19,365 nt of DNA from assembly GCA_048940445.1 (NCBI GenBank), contig JBHLON010000046.1, positions 1-19,365 on the forward strand, in the 5' to 3' direction. Of this stretch, positions 1 through 7,534 are shown one piece after another. The number at the start of each line of letters is the position of its first letter. The first letter of the stretch is position 1. The position numbers were made by a program, and so were the translations under genes. Origin of the DNA: Promethearchaeota archaeon. GTDB lineage: Archaea; Asgardarchaeota; Lokiarchaeia; Sigyniarchaeales; SOKP01. A model generated the notes under the pieces. The model was not told the DNA's origin. It ran no database searches and worked only from the letters and a program-made list of their open reading frames with translations.

Positions 1-118
1 ATAATTAGGAATATAGATCTTTAATGAGAATTAAAATTTTAAAACCAATATAAAATTAATGAAAAGAATTAAAAAAAAGTAATTTATTATATTTTTAATC
101 AGAAGTAAATCCAGAATT

Positions 119-1207
119 ATGTCTAAGGAAGAGAATATACGAATTTTACTGAAGAATTTTGTTGAAACTCAGAACGATATAGAAGTTGCATTTGTTTATT
201 CAAATCAAGGTTTGATTATATCTAAATATGGAAAACTAGAAAAAAGCATGGTTAATGATAAAGAAGTTGATGAAGTTTATGGTGCTCTCACAAGCTTAGT
301 TGAAAATTTACTTAAAAAAATCTCTTCAGAGTATAAAATAGGACATTATGGTAGTGGTTCTTTTGAAACTTCAGATCATAGGATTGTATACCTTGAAGCT
401 GGACCAGATGCCATTTTATTATTAGTCTGCAATTATTTAATAAATCTAAAAGAATTATTTCCAATCGCTTTTCTTGTTGTAGAGAAAATTGCTCAATTAC
501 TAGAAGATAGTTTTGATTTTAATTATAATACACTAGAAGTTCCGGATTTGAAAATACAAGAAAATATTTCATTAAGGTTAGATAAATTTGCTATAACTCA
601 ATCAGATATATTAATCAATGGTATTAAAGAAACACATCATTTAGAAAAAGAGAGAAAGATAGAAAAGCAATTCAAACTTATCATCTTAGGTAGTGCAGCT
701 GTTGGAAAGACTACGTTAGTAAATAGATTTTTGAAAAAAGACCAAATAATGGATTATCGTCCAACTATAGGAATTAATTTTGCAGCACAGAATTTTTACA
801 TACACGGATTTAAAGACGATGTAATTAAATTTTTAGTTTACGATCTCGCAGGTCAAGAATTCTTTAAAAGAGTCAGACATGACTATTATAAGGGTGCTAA
901 CTGTGCTTTTATCGTTTATGATGTTACTCGTAGAAATACCTTTGAAGAAGCGATAAATTTTTGGTTTAAGGATGCTCGTCAAGAATTAGGAGACATTCCT
1001 TTTGTTCTGATTGGGAATAAAATGGATCTAGAAGAAATACGCGAAGTATCAATAGAGGAAGGATTAGAAATGGCTCAAAAATTAAAAACCTCTTTCATTG
1101 AGACTTCCGCATTACATAATATTAATGTACAAGATACTTTTAAAATAATAGGAATTGGTCTTTTTTTTAAATATATTGAAAAGGACGGATTAAAATTAGA
1201 AAAATAA
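119..1207 (+). CDS. Roadblock/LC7 (MglB/LAMTOR-like) domain fused to a C-terminal Rab-like small GTPase
   Basis: The N-terminal ~130 aa fit the roadblock pattern (helix, IEVAFVYSNQGLIIS, long helix GALTSLVENLLKKIS, strands SFETSDHRIVYLEAGPDAILLLVC, final helix). The C-terminal domain has G1 GSAAVGKT, G2 YRPTIG, G3 DLAGQ, G4 NKMD, G5 ETSA and Rab-family-like motifs IGINF, YYKGA, IVYDVT. Confidence 0.9.
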   Translation: MSKEENIRILLKNFVETQNDIEVAFVYSNQGLIISKYGKLEKSMVNDKEVDEVYGALTSLVENLLKKISSEYKIGHYGSGSFETSDHRIVYLEAGPDAILLLVCNYLINLKELFPIAFLVVEKIAQLLEDSFDFNYNTLEVPDLKIQENISLRLDKFAITQSDILINGIKETHHLEKERKIEKQFKLIILGSAAVGKTTLVNRFLKKDQIMDYRPTIGINFAAQNFYIHGFKDDVIKFLVYDLAGQEFFKRVRHDYYKGANCAFIVYDVTRRNTFEEAINFWFKDARQELGDIPFVLIGNKMDLEEIREVSIEEGLEMAQKLKTSFIETSALHNINVQDTFKIIGIGLFFKYIEKDGLKLEK

Positions 1208-1223
1208 AATAGATAAATAATCT

Positions 1224-4091
1224 TTATTTTCTCCAGACTTTTATTCCTCTCTTTCTCCTTAAACGCCATTTACGAACTTCATCCATAACAGAAACGCTAA
1301 AAGCACCAAGTAAAACAGTAATCCAATAATAAGGATGATAAATTGGTATAACATGAAAAGCTAATCCCATAGGAGTAAACAATATTAAAAGTTGCAGTCC
1401 AAGAGAAAGCCCCACAGCCCAGAACAAATGTTTATTTGGAAACAAATAGAATGGTTTTATGTTAGACGTACAGGTAAAGACAAACATTAATTCACATATT
1501 ACTAAATTACTAAAGATTATTGTTTGTGTTAGAGCAATTGCGTATTGTTCTGCGGTATAGGTAACTCCAAATATAGTCGTTCCACTTATAAGGGCTGGAT
1601 CCAATGGATTCAAAGGATTACTCCAGATTGGAATTAATACGCTCCATAAAAGTAAGTATAGCGTAATATCTGTGAAGGACGTATATATACCAAGAAGTAA
1701 TACGGGTCCTTTAATTTCTGGAAGCAATGTAAATCCTTTACGCGGTTTCTCTTTCATAACATCAGGATCTGTTGGTGTTAAACCAAGAACCATTGCCGGT
1801 ATTCCATCAGTTGCAATGTTAAGCCATAAAATTTGTATTGGAACTACTGGAATCGTTATAAATATCAAAGGAAATAATTTCATAACGATAAAGGCTGCAA
1901 GTATCATAAAGATTTCATCAAAATTAGTACTTAGCATATAACGGAAGAATCCTTTTGTAGTTTCGAAAATTCCTCGCCCTTCTTCAATAGCATTAACTAT
2001 AGTAGAATAATTATCGTCTATTAGTATCATATCAGAAGCTTCTTGAGTTACTTCTGTTCCTTTGAGACCCATAGCCACCCCTACATGGGCACCTTTAACT
2101 GCTGGTGCATCATTAACCCCGTCTCCAGTCATTGAAACTATTTCACCCAATTCTTTCAATCTTCTGAGAATCCTTAACTTATGACCTGAAGTAACACGAG
2201 CAAAAATATCTACCGTCTTAACTTTCTTTTGCAATTCCTCGTCACTCATTTCCTCTAGGTCTGCTCCTGTTATAGCTTCTTCAGAATCAGTTAATCCTAT
2301 CTGTTGAGCAATAGCTATCGCTGTAATCTTATGATCTCCTGTAATCATAATTGTTCTGATTCCTGCCATTCTCGCTTCCTGTATTGAGTCCTTTACTTCA
2401 TCCCTTGCTGGATCGATAATACCTACTAAACCTAAATATATATAATCTTGTTCTATTTCTTCTTCCTTGTATCCCTCATTTATAGGTTTATAGGCTACTC
2501 CTAATACTCTTAATGCATTCCTTGCAAATTCTTCATTTTGATCTAGAATTTTATCCTTCACATCACTAATCGGCTTTATTGTACCATTATCTAACCCTTG
2601 ACTTGCATTCTTTAATAAGATATCTGGAGCACCTTTGATTAGAGAATAAAGCTGATTGTCAATTTTAACTACTACGGACATCATTTTACGGTCAGAGTTA
2701 AAGGGAATTTCGTCAACTTTTTCAGCTTTAGTATCTAAACTCATTTTCATTGCCAAGACTTTCATTGATATCTCAGTAGGGTCTCCAACAACATCAGCAT
2801 TTTTCGTACCATCAGTTCTGGGAGAGACATTAGAATTATTGCAAAACATACAAACTTCTAAGAATCTTTTTAAGTTTTCATTCAATTCTACTCTTTTATT
2901 TTCCTCATCAGTAACATTTCCTTCAAGAGTATAACCTACGCCCTCCACGAGATAGATTTGACCACCAAGAAATATCTTTACAACTGTCATTTCATTTTTT
3001 GTGAGAGTTCCTGTTTTATCGGAACAAATCACATTAACTCTACCTAAAGTTTCAACAGCTGTGAGTTTTCTTACCAACGCATTTCTATCAGCCATTTTTC
3101 TCATACCTATGCTCATTACAACAGTAATCACCACAATAAGGCCTTCGGGAACAGCAGACACTGCTAGACTAATTGCAATCTCAAACGCTTGAATTATTTC
3201 GTTAATTTCAATTGGTCCAAATGTAAATCCTTCTGTAACAAGGATGATTATCAATTCAGTCGCGAATACACCAAAACAGATTACTAATATAATAATCCCT
3301 AGAAGTTTTCCAAATCTATTTACCTCTACTTGAAAAGGGCTAAGTGTAATTTCTTCTTCTTGTAAACTTTCAGCAATTCTTCCTATTTCAGTTTTCATTC
3401 CAGTTCCAATAACAACACCTTCTCCATTCCCTCTGGTGATTATTGTATTCATATATCCAAGATTTGTTCTATCAGCTAGGATCATTTTCTTCTCAACAGG
3501 TTTAGTTTGCTTTTTAACTGGTTTGGATTCACCTGTTAGGATCGCTTCATCAACATACAGTGAAAATTCTTTATAGAGACGAATATCTGCAGGAAATTTA
3601 TCGCCTTCTTCAACCAACACGATATCTCCAGGAACTAAACCTTCAACATCTATTTCCATTACCCTCCCATTTCTCCGGACTCTGGCTATATGAGGAGCTA
3701 ACTTCTTTAAACTTTCAAGAGCTTTTTCAGCTTGAAATTCCTGGTAAAATCCAAGTACGGCATTAACAATCAAAATCGCTCCAATTACAATTGCATCAGT
3801 ATACTCGGAAGACCAAGGATCTGCTCCCGGTTTTGATGCTTCCCAAATACCTATAATGATGGATATTACAATAGCAAACATTAGGAGATAAATCAAGAAA
3901 TCTTTAAACTGACCTATAAATATTTGCCAAGCTGTTTTCCCTTTTTCTTTAACCAGTTCATTCCTACCATAGATTTCCAGTCTTTTCTGAGTCTCAGTTT
4001 CGTCTAATCCATTTTCAATGGATGTTTTAAATGTTCTTTCAGTATCTTCAGAGGTAGCAGCATGTGGGTAAAAATCCTTTAGTTCAAGCAT
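1224..4091 (-). CDS. P-type IIA (SERCA-like) Ca2+-transporting ATPase
   Basis: Motifs TGES, PEGL (M4), phosphorylation site DKTGTLT, KGAPD, DPAR, MITGD, MTGDGVNDAPA, M5 YMLSTNFDE, M6 QILWLNIATDGIPA. About 10 TM segments, 955 aa. Confidence 0.95.
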   Translation of the reverse strand: MLELKDFYPHAATSEDTERTFKTSIENGLDETETQKRLEIYGRNELVKEKGKTAWQIFIGQFKDFLIYLLMFAIVISIIIGIWEASKPGADPWSSEYTDAIVIGAILIVNAVLGFYQEFQAEKALESLKKLAPHIARVRRNGRVMEIDVEGLVPGDIVLVEEGDKFPADIRLYKEFSLYVDEAILTGESKPVKKQTKPVEKKMILADRTNLGYMNTIITRGNGEGVVIGTGMKTEIGRIAESLQEEEITLSPFQVEVNRFGKLLGIIILVICFGVFATELIIILVTEGFTFGPIEINEIIQAFEIAISLAVSAVPEGLIVVITVVMSIGMRKMADRNALVRKLTAVETLGRVNVICSDKTGTLTKNEMTVVKIFLGGQIYLVEGVGYTLEGNVTDEENKRVELNENLKRFLEVCMFCNNSNVSPRTDGTKNADVVGDPTEISMKVLAMKMSLDTKAEKVDEIPFNSDRKMMSVVVKIDNQLYSLIKGAPDILLKNASQGLDNGTIKPISDVKDKILDQNEEFARNALRVLGVAYKPINEGYKEEEIEQDYIYLGLVGIIDPARDEVKDSIQEARMAGIRTIMITGDHKITAIAIAQQIGLTDSEEAITGADLEEMSDEELQKKVKTVDIFARVTSGHKLRILRRLKELGEIVSMTGDGVNDAPAVKGAHVGVAMGLKGTEVTQEASDMILIDDNYSTIVNAIEEGRGIFETTKGFFRYMLSTNFDEIFMILAAFIVMKLFPLIFITIPVVPIQILWLNIATDGIPAMVLGLTPTDPDVMKEKPRKGFTLLPEIKGPVLLLGIYTSFTDITLYLLLWSVLIPIWSNPLNPLDPALISGTTIFGVTYTAEQYAIALTQTIIFSNLVICELMFVFTCTSNIKPFYLFPNKHLFWAVGLSLGLQLLILFTPMGLAFHVIPIYHPYYWITVLLGAFSVSVMDEVRKWRLRRKRGIKVWRK

Positions 4092-4218
4092 TTTAAAATC
4101 ATTCTTTAAATTTTTTATAAAGTAATATTAATTTATTAAATAAATATTCTCAAAAAACTTTAGTTTTTTATTTGTAACTTATAAAATAAAATTCCTAAAA
4201 AAGTATTCTGGTGAGGTG

Positions 4219-4246
4219 CACTAAATTAGTGTCTAAAGATTACACT
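4219..4246. promoter_or_regulatory. Overlapping inverted repeats, possible transcription-factor operator upstream of the P-type ATPase
   Basis: CACTAA-A-TTAGTG (4219-4231) and AGTGT-N9-ACACT (4228-4246) lie in a locally GC-richer patch of the AT-rich 4092-4272 intergenic region. Function is inferred only. Confidence 0.25.
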
Positions 4247-4272
4247 TTTATCAAGAAACTTAAATGAGAATC

Positions 4273-4899
4273 TCATTTTTTAATTTTTTGTACTAACTCC
4301 GTTACTCTTTTTCCTAAATCCCTAGCAATTATTCCGGCAAGTTCATCATTTTCGCCTTTCCCTATAAATTCTTTCAAATTATATTTTTGCAAACTTGTTA
4401 TAGGAATATTTCCCTCGATTACAGGAGAACCTGACGTATTACCCACCACTATCATACCTTGAATGAGAGCAAAATTTATTAAATCTGAAATTACACCCTC
4501 TCCTCCATTTCTAAGGCCAGTAGATGCCAATGGAGCAAATACTATATCTTTTAGAAGATAATTTTTCATTTTCCAAGGACGTGATCTATCAATTAAAGTT
4601 TTTATTTGAGAACTAACTGAACCAAAGTAATTAGGTGCTGCAATTAAAAGAGCAGCACATCCTAAAACTTTTTGCTCCAGTTTCTTCATATCATCATTTT
4701 CAGAGAGCTGGCATTCATTTGGTGGTCTTAAACATTGATCACATCCATTACAAGGAGTAATTTTATAATCAGCTATTTGAATTTTTTCAATGTGAAAATT
4801 ATTAGATACAGACTGAATTCCCTGTATCGCTTGGTCAATCAAGAAATTACAGCTCTTATTTTTACGAGGTGAACCTACAATAAGACTAATTTTTTCCAA
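4273..4899 (-). CDS. Iron-sulfur flavoprotein / multimeric flavodoxin (NADPH-dependent FMN reductase superfamily)
   Basis: N-terminal FMN-binding loop GSPRKNKS, compact Cys motif CNGCDQC-x5-C, and AAPNYFGSVSSQIKTLIDR. TTG start. Confidence 0.88.
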   Translation of the reverse strand: MEKISLIVGSPRKNKSCNFLIDQAIQGIQSVSNNFHIEKIQIADYKITPCNGCDQCLRPPNECQLSENDDMKKLEQKVLGCAALLIAAPNYFGSVSSQIKTLIDRSRPWKMKNYLLKDIVFAPLASTGLRNGGEGVISDLINFALIQGMIVVGNTSGSPVIEGNIPITSLQKYNLKEFIGKGENDELAGIIARDLGKRVTELVQKIKK

Positions 4900-5064
4900 T
4901 TTTACTCTTCCCTTAGATTGTATTAAATTAGAAATATAAACATAAATTATGTATGTACAAAATGAGAATTAAAATAAATATTTAATGCCCAATATCACAT
5001 TTAAATTTATATTTGCCTTAATTAATTATAGTAAGAATATACTTTGTCATTTTGGTAAAAGTAT

Positions 5065-5799
5065 ATGAGCTTTAAAGATAAACTTAAAGAATATAAACAT
5101 AAAAATGATTTGATTGAGGAATTACAATTATATGAATCAATGATTTCAAAAAAGATTGAAAATCACGATTATAAATATGCTTTAAATAAAGTCGAATCTG
5201 CTATAACTCTAATCAAAGAAAATCAACAAACTTTTAATCTGGAACCTGAACTATCAGAATTAAATAGTTTGCGGGAAAAAATAATAATTAAAATTAATAA
5301 ATATCAGAAATTTTATCAAAGACGATATCGTAATTTATTAAAAGAAACCTTGACAGAGGCAAATATAGAGAATTTTTTAAAACTATTAGCTATGTTAAAA
5401 GATGAAGTTGATGAAAATATAAATAATTATAAGCTAACTGAGCTCGCTGATAAAATAAATAGATACTTCAACTTTTTAAAAAGATTGTATGCAATAATTA
5501 ATTCTTATAAGATCTTACATTATAAAGGGGCTCTAGATAAAATCTTAGAATATGTTAGATTAATTAAAAATGAAAATTATCCCAATATTAAAGCATTAAT
5601 TTTTCGCATTTATCAAAATCTACTTAATTTGCAATTCTATTATTTAGCAAAAGAATATCCAAAATTAACCATCACAGAATTATCAAAAAGATTAGCTATT
5701 AATCAGGAAAGTTTAACAAACCTTCTGGATTTGATTATGAAAAATCCTGATTGCCCAATTAAAAAGTATAATATGCAAACTCAAGAAATTATTTTCTAA
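5065..5799 (+). CDS. Hypothetical helical protein with C-terminal PCI-like winged-helix domain
   Basis: Helical, charged N-terminal ~185 aa. The C-terminus YPKLTITELSKRLAINQESLTNLLDLIMKNPDCPIKKYNMQTQEIIF matches the PCI winged-helix pattern (Y-x2-I/L-x-L-x2-LA-x2-L ... terminal beta hairpin ending in F). The ORF is solid; the domain call is by eye. Confidence 0.6.
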   Translation: MSFKDKLKEYKHKNDLIEELQLYESMISKKIENHDYKYALNKVESAITLIKENQQTFNLEPELSELNSLREKIIIKINKYQKFYQRRYRNLLKETLTEANIENFLKLLAMLKDEVDENINNYKLTELADKINRYFNFLKRLYAIINSYKILHYKGALDKILEYVRLIKNENYPNIKALIFRIYQNLLNLQFYYLAKEYPKLTITELSKRLAINQESLTNLLDLIMKNPDCPIKKYNMQTQEIIF

Positions 5800-5800
5800 C

Positions 5801-6715
5801 TTATAAACCACGGGAAAACTCAGGTCTTAGTACATTAGGGTGAGTTAAGCCATAATTTATTGTATTTAATATAACATCTTTGTCTCTGTCTAATATCCCC
5901 TTAATTGGTAAAAAATTGCTTGCATGGTTACTCCTAAACACACAATTTGCCTTCTTATTTTCAAATTTAATATTCTTTATGAATAACTTTAATTCTTTAA
6001 GAATTTCTATTGAATTCATTTCTTCAAATTGACCTTCCCTTTGTTTCTCATAAATAACAGTACCTGTAGGGATCATGAGAGTCAAAAATGCTATATACCA
6101 AATTCTATCATCTATAGGGCAAATTTTATTTACTAAATCAGCAGATTCAGTAGCATGCTTTTTTGAAACCTCCGGATTATTTGATCCTCCAAGTCCGTTT
6201 ATAAATGTCGCTGATAATGTAATATTAGCTTTCATCAGCCTTTTTGATGCTTTAATATAGTCCGCTTTAGTGGCATGTTTATTAATTTGCTTTAATAAAA
6301 AATCATATCCTGATTCAAAACCTACATAAGCAATTTTAAGTCCAGCGTCTGATAATGACTTTAGTTGAGCATCAGACTTTTTTATAATATCAAGTGCATG
6401 AGCATATACTCCCACTCTTTCTAGTCTTGGAAATGCTTCCATGGCGTATTTAGTTACTTCTAATAGCTTTTCGGCAGGAGTAACCATAGCATTTCCATCT
6501 AAAAAAAAGATCTTACGTACTATAGAACCATACTGTTTTTTTGCTATATCTAAGTCTTTTTTCACATTCTCTACTTTTCTAATTTTAAAATCTTTCCGTA
6601 AATTTGATACGCAGAAATCACAGTGATAAGTACATCCTTCTGTTAATTGGATTAGTAATGAATTAGCTTCGCTAGGTGGACGAAAAACAGGATGGCAGTA
6701 ATATATACTTTCCAT
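5801..6715 (-). CDS. Radical SAM protein (RPPSEA-type family, function unknown)
   Basis: FRPPSEANSLLIQLTEGCTYHCDFC (CX3CX2C), FFLDGNA, YVGFESG, FRSNHASN. ATG at 6715 preferred; an in-frame TTG lies at 6721. Confidence 0.88.
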   Translation of the reverse strand: MESIYYCHPVFRPPSEANSLLIQLTEGCTYHCDFCVSNLRKDFKIRKVENVKKDLDIAKKQYGSIVRKIFFLDGNAMVTPAEKLLEVTKYAMEAFPRLERVGVYAHALDIIKKSDAQLKSLSDAGLKIAYVGFESGYDFLLKQINKHATKADYIKASKRLMKANITLSATFINGLGGSNNPEVSKKHATESADLVNKICPIDDRIWYIAFLTLMIPTGTVIYEKQREGQFEEMNSIEILKELKLFIKNIKFENKKANCVFRSNHASNFLPIKGILDRDKDVILNTINYGLTHPNVLRPEFSRGL

Positions 6716-6755
6716 ATACAAGAACTTCTATATGATTTTTGACCATTTCTTTAGA

Positions 6756-7457
6756 TTAATCTTCTTCTTCCTCATCAGTATCTTCACCCTCTTGTGGTCT
6801 TTTAGGGCATGAATTAAGATGCCGTCCTAATCTTACAAACTCTTTACCACAGTAAGGACATACTTTTTTACCTTTTCCCTCGTCGGTTCCAGATTTAGAT
6901 TCTTTAGATTTTGTTATTTTTTTCTTTTTCTTCCGAGGTAATACATCTTCAATACTGACATCATCAGGGGCGAATTCACAAGTTGGGATATGCGCTCTTA
7001 AATCATCGACGATTTCTCCACAGAACGGGCATTCTAAGTCTCCAAATTCTTGAGAAACACCTATTTCATCTTTCCCTACTTTCCTTTTTTCGAATTTTAC
7101 TGGTTCTTCCGCTTCTTCTTCTTCAAACTCATCAATTGTTAAATCAACATCATCTTCTCCAGTTAATTCCTTATATTCAAAATCTTCTAATTCAATCTGT
7201 TTTTCTAAAATCTTTTTTTCAGCACTTTTTCTACTATCTTCATAAACCTCTTGTGTCTTTCGATTCGATTTCACAGGGTCATAAATTGCACATACTTGAC
7301 AAATATATGCTCGTCTTCCGAGGATCAAATCCCTTTCAGGACAAAAACACAGTGGTTGAAGACTATTAGAAATATTACCCATTGATTCTAAGTGTTTGCA
7401 AGCGATTTTTCTAGAATATTTAATTTTTTGCTTTCGACGTGGTATAATAATCACCAA
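6756..7457 (-). CDS. Acidic/basic low-complexity protein with two C2HC (CX2CX9HX3C) zinc fingers and an N-terminal Cys/His cluster
   Basis: CPFCGEIVDDLRAHIPTC (aa143-160) and CPYCGKEFVRLGRHLNSC (aa200-217), N-terminal CKH...CFC...CQVC, acidic tract, PRKKKKK, acidic tail. The start is uncertain because TTG/GTG overlap a GGTGA SD-like site; ATA at 7445 is possible. Confidence 0.8.
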   Translation of the reverse strand: MVIIIPRRKQKIKYSRKIACKHLESMGNISNSLQPLCFCPERDLILGRRAYICQVCAIYDPVKSNRKTQEVYEDSRKSAEKKILEKQIELEDFEYKELTGEDDVDLTIDEFEEEEAEEPVKFEKRKVGKDEIGVSQEFGDLECPFCGEIVDDLRAHIPTCEFAPDDVSIEDVLPRKKKKKITKSKESKSGTDEGKGKKVCPYCGKEFVRLGRHLNSCPKRPQEGEDTDEEEED

Positions 7458-7534
7458 AAGAAGTAATTAAAATAATATAGCTTAAAATTTATTTTTTTTC
7501 ATTTAAAAAAGGTGAAATTATCTTTAAGATAAAA

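Noticed and set aside
71-118. BRE/TATA-like element about 28 bp upstream of the first ATG, and similar AT tracts before other genes
   Set aside because: Compatible with leaderless archaeal promoters, but indistinguishable from background at this AT content.
1075-3766. Short ORFs 1075-1269(-), 1672-1941(+), 2656-2934(+), 3001-3192(+), 3560-3766(+)
   Set aside because: Shadow ORFs overlapping the well-supported GTPase and ATPase genes, with no recognisable motifs.
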